From an uncultured Granulosicoccaceae bacterium (GTDB lineage: Bacteria; Pseudomonadota; Gammaproteobacteria; Granulosicoccales; Granulosicoccaceae), in assembly GCA_964437945.1 (NCBI GenBank), contig CAYTJF010000001.1:1658-65657 (forward strand): a stretch of 64,000 nucleotides of DNA, written 5' to 3'. A program made the position numbers and the translations under genes. A model generated the notes under the pieces. That model was not told the origin of the DNA. It saw nothing but the letters and a program-made list of their open reading frames with translations, and searched no databases. This document shows positions 50,038-59,090 of this stretch, piece after piece. Every line of letters starts with the position of its first letter. Within the stretch, counting starts at the first letter, position 1.

Positions 50038-51198
50038 ATGAAAAATAAATTTTATCTAATCAATTTAACCATGCTGCTAATGGCCTGTTTATTCGTCAAT
50101 ACTGCTCAGGCTGTGCTTAGCAATGTCACCGACTACAATGCACAAGTTACCGCAAGCTCACTAAATGTTAGAAGTGGACCCGGTACCGGTTATCGTATTA
50201 TCGGCTCGGTCCGTAATAATGACACCGTCAGGGTGACTCATCACGATGGCAATTGGCGAAAAATAAACTGGCAAAATGGTGCAAACGCGTACGTCCATGG
50301 CTCATACGTTAAGAAATTAGACACACCGCCATCTTCTGCGGATACTAATGTTACCGATTACGACGGTGTTGTAACTGCGGACACACTAAACGTAAGAAGC
50401 GGGCCCTCCACAGCAAATGGAATAATTGGTAAACGCTATCGAAATCAAAAAGTCAGGGTAACCCATCACTCCGGTGTGTGGCGCAAGATTGCATGGTCGG
50501 GCGGAAGTTCGGCTTACGTACATGGGTCTTATGTTAATAAAATAATTAATACCCCGACCCGCAAATCGAGACAGTTCAACATAACCGTGAAATCATACTT
50601 AGCTAACATTGGAAGCAACAGAGGTAGTTTCGGCAAACTCGCAGTTATGGACAATACTGAACTTTTCGCACTTGCAAAGTTAACTGATGGATTATTTTCG
50701 GAGTTGCCAAATAATGATAGGAAAGATGATTTGAATGGAGACTACCGGCTCTATACAAACCTAAGGGTGAATGCAACGTGTACAAATAATAACTTGAGCG
50801 TTTCCCATACTCTAAGCTCAGATGCAGGAAGGGAACCATTTCCTACCTGGAGTGTTGGGTCAATAAAACCATCTGCATTAATTGGACAGTTTGTACAGAA
50901 CAAAGACAACGCAAGCACATGGTCTTTTCGCTATTACATGAAAGGAAAACCAGATATAAAACTTGAACCCAATTTTCAGTTAGTCAGGTTTAGAGCCAAC
51001 CCTTACATATGGCATAAAATTGGCGGGAAGATACTGTGTAAGAATAACAATCCAACGTGGATTATGAACGAGTTCGCTGGTTCTAAATTTCCATCACATC
51101 GCTATTGGGTGGATGGAACACAATACTCCACTCACACGCAAGGAGATTTTGTAGGGCTTTGGAGCCTTACCAAACCGACGCTTGATCACTTAAATTAA
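50038..51198 (+). CDS. Secreted protein with two bacterial SH3 (SH3b) domains and an unassigned C-terminal domain
   Basis: Signal peptide, then NVTDY...VTA..LNVRSGP.T...IIG....N..VRVTHH.G.WRKI.W.....AYVHGSYV twice. An AGGAG RBS is present. Confidence 0.88.
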   Translation: MKNKFYLINLTMLLMACLFVNTAQAVLSNVTDYNAQVTASSLNVRSGPGTGYRIIGSVRNNDTVRVTHHDGNWRKINWQNGANAYVHGSYVKKLDTPPSSADTNVTDYDGVVTADTLNVRSGPSTANGIIGKRYRNQKVRVTHHSGVWRKIAWSGGSSAYVHGSYVNKIINTPTRKSRQFNITVKSYLANIGSNRGSFGKLAVMDNTELFALAKLTDGLFSELPNNDRKDDLNGDYRLYTNLRVNATCTNNNLSVSHTLSSDAGREPFPTWSVGSIKPSALIGQFVQNKDNASTWSFRYYMKGKPDIKLEPNFQLVRFRANPYIWHKIGGKILCKNNNPTWIMNEFAGSKFPSHRYWVDGTQYSTHTQGDFVGLWSLTKPTLDHLN

Positions 51199-51225
51199 GA
51201 AAACGTCTTTTACGTTTTATTGCAT

Positions 51226-51270
51226 AGTCATCCTTCGAATCTATTGTGTTAGTTCGAAGGATGACTTTTT
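51226..51270 (+). terminator. Intrinsic terminator after the SH3b gene
   Basis: 14-bp perfect stem AGTCATCCTTCGAA / TTCGAAGGATGACT followed by TTTT. Confidence 0.8.
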
Positions 51271-51320
51271 AGTACTGGCAATTACTCGAAAACACCACTC
51301 TCGAATGGCTAAAGCCGGTA

Positions 51321-52595
51321 TCAACCAAAAATATCTTTTGTTATACCATCGTACCAACCTATTGATTCTTCATAGGTGGTTTTGCGCAGAGCGGCATCTT
51401 CGCCAGTTTCGCTGATGAATTTCGAAGTGGCGGCAATTTTGCCTTCCTCAACCGCGTATTGCGCACCTACTTTTACACCGTCATCGGTGCCGATCAAACT
51501 CCAGCACGTATTGCTGAATTTTGCCGGAAACACCTTGGCACCCAGCAGATCACCACGCACATTCAAGGCTGCGACCTTAGCCTGGCTGTTGGCCGAGAAA
51601 CCTGATTTAGGCATAGCACCTGCGATACTGGCATCACCGAGCACGTAGATATTTTCATCCATCGTCGACCGCATTGAATCTGCAACGATTGGACAAAAGC
51701 CGGAGTCGTCGGTTAAGCCGCCTTCGACCGCAATAGCGCCGGCCTGTTGACCGGGAATGATGTTGAGTAACGCACCTTCGAACGTATCAAGATCGGTTTC
51801 GACCGTACCTGCTTCGACGTCTACACCGACCACACCACCGTGCACATCAGCCCCGTACCACTCGATCATATCGGGATAATGATTTTGCCAACCCTCTTGA
51901 AACAGGCCTTGTTTGGAAAATTTCTCTTTTGGATCGATGACAAAAATTTTACTGTCAGTTAATCCACGCGTTTTTAACACATGCGCCATCATCGATACAC
52001 GCTCGTATGGCCCTGGTGGACACCGATATGGATTAGGCGGCGGAACCATAACAATGTTCTGGCCATTTTCTAGCGCATCCAGTTTACTTTTCAACAAGGA
52101 CGTTTGGGCACCTGCTTGCCAGGCATGCGGAGCAACTTCTGCAGCTTCTTGCGAATAACCTGGCACGCTATCGAATTTAAGATCGATACCAGGAGCAACA
52201 ATCAAGCTGTCGTAGGCGACCGATGAACCATCAGCCATGGCAACTGATTTTTTGGCAGTGTCTATTCCTTGAGCGTAGCCAATGACCACATTGATGCCGT
52301 AGTCGGCATTTAACTTTTCGTACGAATGGGTAATCGATTCGAATGAACGGAAATCACCAAGATACAAGTTGGAGAAAAAGCAGGTAGTGTATTTGTCTTC
52401 CGCAGAAATCAAGGTAACGTCCACTTTTCCTTCACTGTCTTTGGCAAGATAGCGAGCCGCAGTGGCGCCAGCTGCACCTCCGCCAATAACGACCACGCTC
52501 GGCTTTGCCTGAGCACGGATGCCGGCTGGAACGGCTATGCTGGCAACTCCAGCACCCAGCAATGTACTGAATTGTCTTCTGGTTATTTTACTCAA
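51321..52595 (-). CDS. fccB: Flavocytochrome c sulfide dehydrogenase flavoprotein subunit (FccB/SoxF)
   Basis: Tat RRQF, GGGAAG, FAD-attachment CFFSN, PYRCPPGPYER, MPKSGFSANSQ and NTCWS. Confidence 0.93.
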   Translation of the reverse strand: MSKITRRQFSTLLGAGVASIAVPAGIRAQAKPSVVVIGGGAAGATAARYLAKDSEGKVDVTLISAEDKYTTCFFSNLYLGDFRSFESITHSYEKLNADYGINVVIGYAQGIDTAKKSVAMADGSSVAYDSLIVAPGIDLKFDSVPGYSQEAAEVAPHAWQAGAQTSLLKSKLDALENGQNIVMVPPPNPYRCPPGPYERVSMMAHVLKTRGLTDSKIFVIDPKEKFSKQGLFQEGWQNHYPDMIEWYGADVHGGVVGVDVEAGTVETDLDTFEGALLNIIPGQQAGAIAVEGGLTDDSGFCPIVADSMRSTMDENIYVLGDASIAGAMPKSGFSANSQAKVAALNVRGDLLGAKVFPAKFSNTCWSLIGTDDGVKVGAQYAVEEGKIAATSKFISETGEDAALRKTTYEESIGWYDGITKDIFG

Positions 52596-53071
52596 GCGAT
52601 ACTCCCCTCTTGTATTTAATAATATTGATCGGTTTTTTGTCCCATAACGCCAGTTATGCGAGATTTAAGTCATTTGATACAACGTTAATCAATTACAACG
52701 TTAATGCAAGTTGACTCATTTAACGCCTCGATTTTTCCATTCGGGCGTTCTACCTTTGGGTTTTACTTCTCTATAAAACCACAGGTCAAATTCAAAAACA
52801 ACCGCTGGTTCTCAGACAGCATTGGCTGAGCATTGTACTATTCGCTGATGTACTGCGTAGCTTGCCTGACAGTGCATCGCGTATTATGTCTTCGATTACG
52901 TTTTCACTGGTTCCTTACTATCTTTTTTCGTACTCCCACACTATGTCGAATATATCTCCAAATGAATATTCCAAATGATATACGATCAATACAATAACGA
53001 ATCAGCGATGATTCGCCGACCAATACCCAAACCCATTGGCTACCAAACTACTTAGTTGCTACGTTTAACAA

Positions 53072-54058
53072 ATGGAAAACAAACGCTCTTCAATCGTTCG
53101 CGCAACAATGAACCCCAGTGGCAGGCAATTCGAGGTACTACCTGGTCAGAGCTTGCTTGAAGCCGGGCTCAGCGCAGGTATTGCATTACCATTTGGCTGT
53201 GCCAATGGTAGTTGCGGTGATTGCCGGGCGCGCCTGATTAACGGACAGGTAAAGAAAACACGAAGCCATGATTTTGTATTAACCGAAGCGCAGAAACTCG
53301 ATGGGTGTTGCCTGCTGTGTTCAACAACGGCGATTACCAATGTACAAATCGATGTGCTAATTGCCGCAACAGTCAACGATATTCCGCAACAGCAGTTGCA
53401 AGCAAAACTTTGCCGTGTGGAACAAAGGCACGAAGTCAGCATTATCGCGTTCAAATTTATAAGAGGCAAAGCCTTGCGTTTTCTTCCTGGCCAACGAGTC
53501 CATTTAACCTCGAAGTGTGGCAGTACAGTGGAGTTGCCCATTGCCAGCTGCCCCTGTAACGCACAGTACGTCGAGTTCCACTTAACTGCCGAAACAGCAC
53601 ATCTGACAGAACTTAGCCGCTTTAGCGAAAAAGAGCTAACGTCGACTGCTGAACGCGAGCGCGTCAGTATCAGCGGACCGATTGGAAACTTCACGCTGAG
53701 TAACGATATACGTAAGCCCAAGCTGTTTATCACCAAAGGAAGTGAATTTGGTCAAATACAGGGCATGATCGAGCAAGTGCTGAACGATGAATCGGATGTG
53801 CCCTGCTGTCTGATATGGAAAGCCTCAGACAAGGTGGTTATCTATAGATCGAATCTGTGTCGATCATGGAAGGATGCGTTCGATCAATTCGATTTTATCC
53901 CGTTGTCGAGCAACGCAGATATGCTCAGTGCCATACCCAAACACTGGCAGACCCACCTTGGAGACTGCGAGGTGTACTTTGGAAAAAAAGATTCGATTCT
54001 TTCACAGCGGCTTACCAAACTTGGTGTCAGCCCGGCTTCCATGTTCTATGCGGACTGA
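53072..54058 (+). CDS. 2Fe-2S ferredoxin / FNR-like oxidoreductase with divergent flavin and NAD motifs
   Basis: GCANGSCGDC...LLC 2Fe-2S motif, F.PGQ, IASCPC and GP.GNF. Confidence 0.8.
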   Translation: MENKRSSIVRATMNPSGRQFEVLPGQSLLEAGLSAGIALPFGCANGSCGDCRARLINGQVKKTRSHDFVLTEAQKLDGCCLLCSTTAITNVQIDVLIAATVNDIPQQQLQAKLCRVEQRHEVSIIAFKFIRGKALRFLPGQRVHLTSKCGSTVELPIASCPCNAQYVEFHLTAETAHLTELSRFSEKELTSTAERERVSISGPIGNFTLSNDIRKPKLFITKGSEFGQIQGMIEQVLNDESDVPCCLIWKASDKVVIYRSNLCRSWKDAFDQFDFIPLSSNADMLSAIPKHWQTHLGDCEVYFGKKDSILSQRLTKLGVSPASMFYAD

Positions 54059-54272
54059 CAATGCATCGGGTAATAACACAACGGTGCAACACACCATAGC
54101 TTTTACAATTTGGTTGATAGCAACGCAAGATGCAGCGCAACCTATATCAAAAGAGATAGACAATCGACGCATTTGCCAACGCAACACCAATAAAACAAGC
54201 GGATGCTTTGCCCAATGACGCAAAGCAACCTATGATGAACACTCTAACCCTACATGAGCCCGGCTTTTTAGC

Positions 54273-55253
54273 ATGTCTGCACCAACTACAGTGACATCTA
54301 CGTTAGAGCTGATTAACTCACGTCTGTTCAATGGCGACCAGTCGAAGCAGGACGCGTGGATAGAGCAAGCCCAGGCAAATGCTGAACGGAATGCCGAATC
54401 GATAGGGTTGGAATCATTACAACTACCACCCAACCCTTCGCAAAACCGCGACTACGCCTCTATGAAGCAACTGTGCGCAAAGGTAGCAAACACCGGATTT
54501 GCACTTTATGAATGGGACGATGAGCCAAGCGATATTGCTACTTCAGTATCTCAACTGCTGCACGCATTGTCGCTTCGCAACGGAGATCAGGGCGTAATAC
54601 GCGAAACGGGCCAGTTGTCATTGCTGCAGGATTTAACCGGCACACCAAAAGGGCGTTTTCCACCTTATCAGGCAAAAGCGATGAATTGGCACACTGATGG
54701 TTACTATAACGATCCCGCTGAATCAGTTCGCTGTTTTACACTGCATTGCATAGCACCAGCGGCTAGTGGGGGCGCGTTATTGCTGATGGATGATGTGTCT
54801 CTGGTTTATGCGCTACTGAAGGAAGACCCTGAGCTGGTGTTACTACTCTCGCATCCAAATGCCATGACATTGCCACATAACAAGGACAACGACGGACACG
54901 ACAGACCTGATCGATGCGTGCCTGTTATTTCGCAAAATGCAGATGAATCGATAACCATGCGCTTCACAACCAGAACCCAAAACATACAGTGGCGGTGCGA
55001 TGCAACACAAGCTGCCGCACAACGAGCCAGCGAACTGATCAATGAACGCTCGCAATGGCACACTCGCATCAGACTCGAACAAGGTCAGGGCATTATTACG
55101 CGCAACGTATTACATGCAAGAGAAGCCTTCGAGGATGCAACTGATAAACCGAAAAGGCAAATGCTGCGCGGACGATTTACGAATCTGCCATCGCCAGCCA
55201 CACTAACCGAATCGGCACACACTTCTGCGAAGCAAAACCATGTTGCACCTTAG
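54273..55253 (+). CDS. TauD/TfdA-family Fe(II)/2-oxoglutarate dioxygenase-like protein
   Basis: WHTDGYYN (HxD), LHC..PA..GG and NVLHAR (distal His, Arg). Confidence 0.85.
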   Translation: MSAPTTVTSTLELINSRLFNGDQSKQDAWIEQAQANAERNAESIGLESLQLPPNPSQNRDYASMKQLCAKVANTGFALYEWDDEPSDIATSVSQLLHALSLRNGDQGVIRETGQLSLLQDLTGTPKGRFPPYQAKAMNWHTDGYYNDPAESVRCFTLHCIAPAASGGALLLMDDVSLVYALLKEDPELVLLLSHPNAMTLPHNKDNDGHDRPDRCVPVISQNADESITMRFTTRTQNIQWRCDATQAAAQRASELINERSQWHTRIRLEQGQGIITRNVLHAREAFEDATDKPKRQMLRGRFTNLPSPATLTESAHTSAKQNHVAP

Positions 55254-55434
55254 TGATATATTGTTACAGCACAAGGACATTACTACCTTTGCCGAACTCA
55301 TTAAAGTCGTGGAACAACGCGCCAAAAATGAAATGTTTTTTCGTATCGATCTAAAACCACCCTTCCCCGATACACCGCTGAATTGGGAACTGGTGCTTGA
55401 GGCTGCATTCAGCGGAGTGCCCAAAGATGACTGA
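55240..55434 (+). CDS. Small hypothetical protein (64 aa, no Cys)
   Basis: Overlaps both neighbours, as in an operon. Pattern ML.LS.IL......F.EL...V......F.ID.KP.FPDTP.NWE..LEAAF. Confidence 0.75.
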   Translation: MLHLSDILLQHKDITTFAELIKVVEQRAKNEMFFRIDLKPPFPDTPLNWELVLEAAFSGVPKDD

Positions 55435-56167
55435 CCCGGGCACAGAGGGTTTGAGTCTAAGCGATGAAGAAAAACGCTTGCTGGATAAAACACCCGATGC
55501 TGATCGGGAAACGCGATTACAGGCACTACTGGACGCGTTCGAACAAGTGCCAGAAATATCCTCAGATACACAAATTTCTGAACAAAAAAAAGAACAGTCC
55601 TTACAACATGCACGCACCGCACTGGAAATTGCCGGCCTGTTGTTAGACCTTGATAGAAAAGCTGACGCATGGAAATACGCCCGACCAGCAGTAGAAGATC
55701 TGATTGCCCATCAAGCGTTTGAAGACGCAGCGCTGGCTTGTCAATATACCTATCTGGCCGATCAGGACGACGCTATTGCGGCGATTGGCCAGGGAGCATG
55801 GTTGTCAGTAACATACCCTGTAGACCCTCATTTAACCGCTAACATACTCACCCATATAATAGATGAAACACCCGATGACTCTGATGGCGGAGCGGTGGCA
55901 GCCGCCGTGGCACATTATGTGGTCGATTTGCGAGGCGAAGGCGAAAAGAAAGAGGAGCTGAGACTGTTTACTGGAGCCAATCTGGCACGCGTAGCGAAGC
56001 GACACAGCAACGTTGAATCGCAAATGCAATTCGAACTGTGGGTGGAACGGCTGGAGCTTGACGTGCCAGAGAAATTTCTGGTTCGGCTGAGAAACGTTAT
56101 TGACGTAATGGTGCAAACTGATTGGTGGTTCGACCGCGACGCGTTAACTTCAAACATTCCAGACTGA
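55427..56167 (+). CDS. Hypothetical alpha-helical (TPR-like) protein
   Basis: GGAG RBS before the ATG at 55427. Acidic helical sequence with WL..TYPVDP and IIDETPDDSDGGAVAA, ending WWFDRD.L. Confidence 0.8.
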   Translation: MTDPGTEGLSLSDEEKRLLDKTPDADRETRLQALLDAFEQVPEISSDTQISEQKKEQSLQHARTALEIAGLLLDLDRKADAWKYARPAVEDLIAHQAFEDAALACQYTYLADQDDAIAAIGQGAWLSVTYPVDPHLTANILTHIIDETPDDSDGGAVAAAVAHYVVDLRGEGEKKEELRLFTGANLARVAKRHSNVESQMQFELWVERLELDVPEKFLVRLRNVIDVMVQTDWWFDRDALTSNIPD

Positions 56168-56210
56168 GTTTTTTTATACAGGACATTGATCAAAGGATAT
56201 TCGACCGGCA

Positions 56211-56891
56211 ATGTGGCAGGAGACGAATCAAGACGATCCACCATCGGGTGCGCGCATGAGCGATGTCAGTTTTCGCATCAACTGCCAACGCTTACTGGTT
56301 GACCATGCAGCATTACTAGCTGACGCTACCTGCACACACGCACCGATTATAAGAGAATCAATGTGTGCTGGTATCCATCCAATTCATGTTGCCGGTTCAC
56401 AAAACGGATGGGAGCGCCCGGATAACAGTGGCGAGTATCTACTACTGTCTAAGCGCACACGATTTAAAATTCGTATCGAAAATACCTACGCACAACAATT
56501 AATCACCACCCTGTCTGGAATTACATTGGACATTGCGGATTCACCGCTGCATATTCTGTCCGGAATATCGCGCGTTTTACAACCGGCCTCAACGCTGTTC
56601 TCCCGTTACACTTATTTTGAAGATCTGAATACAAACGACGCAGAGTCGCTATTTGTAGAGCGAGTCGTTGAACAATGCAAACAACATCATTTTTCTCCAA
56701 CGAAAATTCTTTGTGGCAAAGAGCACACAATAAACACCACAGACGGCCCTAGACTGACTCGCAGTGTCTTATTGGCCGATGTACCCGTTATTGAATCACT
56801 AACATTGCAAGACTATGGTCTGGGTGATGGCAGAACAATGGGTTGCGGTTTATTGATTCCGCATAAAGATACTAGTGCTGTTCATGAGTAG
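56211..56891 (+). CDS. cas6: Stand-alone Cas6 (type I-MYXAN Cas6/Cmx6-like RAMP protein)
   Basis: D..F.I....L.VDH, GIHPIH, LSKRTR and the C-terminal G-rich loop GLGDGRTMGCGLLIPHK. Confidence 0.85.
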   Translation: MWQETNQDDPPSGARMSDVSFRINCQRLLVDHAALLADATCTHAPIIRESMCAGIHPIHVAGSQNGWERPDNSGEYLLLSKRTRFKIRIENTYAQQLITTLSGITLDIADSPLHILSGISRVLQPASTLFSRYTYFEDLNTNDAESLFVERVVEQCKQHHFSPTKILCGKEHTINTTDGPRLTRSVLLADVPVIESLTLQDYGLGDGRTMGCGLLIPHKDTSAVHE

Positions 56892-56971
56892 AAACTAAGT
56901 AACCGACCATCAGAACACTCGCTACGTGTGATGAGTATCTGTAAGCAATAACCATCTAAATAATTAAACAT

Positions 56972-57001
56972 ATAGTGTCTTGATAAATAGTGTCTTGATA
57001 A
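56972..57001. repeat. Perfect 15-bp tandem duplication downstream of cas6
   Basis: ATAGTGTCTTGATAA x2 with no spacer. Confidence 0.85.
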
Positions 57002-57275
57002 CGGGATACTGCGCTGTTGGAGTTATCTGCTCAAGTGATCATTACGAATACGAGTGATCCGTTGCCCCATAGAGACTAATTCAAGCCAACAGAGATACCA
57101 TGTCCACGAGCGATTGATTTTCTTTAGTGCTCTAAGACGACCAAATAAGGTCAAAAAAAGCAGTTGTTTTCACTTTCGTAAAACTTTTCATTGTCCACCC
57201 CGTTATATCCGTAAACAAGCCTGACTCACAACAAACAACAACCATGTTGTAAATTTGAATTTTGGGAGAATCAAT

Positions 57276-58058
57276 ATGAATCGATTGCTGAATACGCATT
57301 CCGATAAAAGAGTAAATTCCGCAGCAAAAATAGCCCTTTTTGGCACGCTAAGTATTTGTACACTCATTAACGTGAACACATTTGCCAGTCACACGGTTCT
57401 TACCAGCAGCGATGTTACCTTCAATGAGCAAGGTCAGGCATTCAACGGCAACCGAGTGTATCTGTCATCACCCACTCACACAGACAGTGGTAGCAGAGGT
57501 GAACTTGGTTGGGAAGAGAATATCAATGGTAGACATTGGAACTCCTATGCAGCCAGAAATAGCTATCTCCTGGGTTCAACCAGCACTTCTCAGTATCGCA
57601 GCTTAACCACCAGAGGCTACAAAGTGGTGGTCAGCCAAAATGAGAGAAACGGCGCTTTTATAACTAACCGAAATAACTCCGACAATTGGGGAGCAGACGT
57701 GCATTTGGTCACTCACACTAATGCAGGGGCCGGTGACTATTTTCTTGTCATGGTGGACGATGCCACCAACACAGCATCAGATCGAAAATTACGTTCAGAA
57801 CTTGCACTGCGGGTTGGAGCAGGTACACCCGGGGACGAAAGAGAATCAACAGACAATTCAGGCTTTACCGGTAATCGTAATCTGGGAGAGCTCACGGCAG
57901 CTGCCCCATACACAGCCTATGTCGAATTAATATTTCATGACAATCAAGCACATATTGACTGGATGGGATCTGGAACCAACTGGGGACAAGCAGTGAAACA
58001 ACACGCTTGGCGATATGGATTCGCTGTCGATAAAACACTGGATTATCCACGAAACTAG
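57276..58058 (+). CDS. Secreted N-acetylmuramoyl-L-alanine amidase-like (Amidase_3) protein
   Basis: Zn-amidase pattern: VYLSSPTH (His), EENIN (Glu), VHLVTHTNA (His) and AYVELIFHDN (catalytic Glu). GGAG RBS and signal peptide are present. Confidence 0.75.
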   Translation: MNRLLNTHSDKRVNSAAKIALFGTLSICTLINVNTFASHTVLTSSDVTFNEQGQAFNGNRVYLSSPTHTDSGSRGELGWEENINGRHWNSYAARNSYLLGSTSTSQYRSLTTRGYKVVVSQNERNGAFITNRNNSDNWGADVHLVTHTNAGAGDYFLVMVDDATNTASDRKLRSELALRVGAGTPGDERESTDNSGFTGNRNLGELTAAAPYTAYVELIFHDNQAHIDWMGSGTNWGQAVKQHAWRYGFAVDKTLDYPRN

Positions 58059-58103
58059 TTGAACACCAATACTCTATTTCCTATTTAGCACGGAGACACC
58101 AAC

Positions 58104-59078
58104 ATGTTTACTCTACCTAAACCAACACTGAACTTGTTCTACATATTATTTTTTGTTGCGCTTGCAGGCTGTAATAGTCAATCTGAATTTCCGAACAGCG
58201 AGAACAATGCTGTCAGCGACATTGAAGCGGTCGACACCATACCGGGCTTTGGCATCACGCCAAAAAATGCCATGCGAGATGACACAATAGCACTATGGGA
58301 AGCTTATCAACGTGAATCTATCGTGCAACAATGCATGCAATCCGCTCAACTGACCTACGACATCGAAGTTGCTTTTCCGGCCGGCGTAGCAATTAACGTT
58401 GCTGACAGTCTCGACTTACCCGACGCGCACAGCCTCAAACACTCAGGTAAATCATTAGGAACCATTGCCAGTGTCAGCGCAACAAACCATCAGCGAGCAA
58501 TGGACTTGGCCGAGACTGAACAAGACCGTTACTTTCAAACACTGTTTGGTGAATCCGCTGCTGACGTAGCGCTAGTGGAATCCACCGGTGTGCTACCACC
58601 TGGCAGAGCAGATTTTGCACGCGGTGGCTGTGTTGCACAATCCTGGAACGAAATTCCTGGAGTGTACGCACTCAAACGTGCATTGAACTCTGATATTAGT
58701 CAGTCGCGCAGCTTGGAAATGTCGAACGCGCTATTGAGTAAAGAGCAATCAGCAGCGTGCAATACGAACAGCGAGAAAAATAGTGTTGCTATAAATTCTC
58801 TAGCGACGCTGGAACAAAGCCTTGCGCAAAATGAGAACATTGACATTGATCCGATCTGCGAAAAAGCGCTAGTTCAACTTAGTCGCGACATTCACCAGAA
58901 CTCGATCCAACGAACCTTAAATGAAAATGCAGAAATGACACGCTCTCATGTTAGCCAGTATCACAATGCAATGAATTCGATCAGTGATGATAGCCAATTC
59001 ATGGCCTTTATGGCATCGTCTACCCACGGCCTGGCAGCTGAAGAAATACTGGACAAAGCGCTAGATCGTGACGAGTAG
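58104..59078 (+). CDS. Hypothetical lipoprotein
   Basis: Lipobox LAGC, GGAG RBS, and IVQQCMQ...Y and GGC motifs. Confidence 0.75.
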   Translation: MFTLPKPTLNLFYILFFVALAGCNSQSEFPNSENNAVSDIEAVDTIPGFGITPKNAMRDDTIALWEAYQRESIVQQCMQSAQLTYDIEVAFPAGVAINVADSLDLPDAHSLKHSGKSLGTIASVSATNHQRAMDLAETEQDRYFQTLFGESAADVALVESTGVLPPGRADFARGGCVAQSWNEIPGVYALKRALNSDISQSRSLEMSNALLSKEQSAACNTNSEKNSVAINSLATLEQSLAQNENIDIDPICEKALVQLSRDIHQNSIQRTLNENAEMTRSHVSQYHNAMNSISDDSQFMAFMASSTHGLAAEEILDKALDRDE

Positions 59079-59090
59079 TAATCGTTAACA

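Noticed and set aside
55240..55434. Calling the 64-aa protein a DsrC/TusE sulfur carrier
   Set aside because: It has no cysteine and no DsrC C-terminal motif.
56892..57275. Possible CRISPR array downstream of cas6
   Set aside because: Only a 15-bp tandem duplication without a spacer is present. There are no regularly spaced 25-40-bp repeats.
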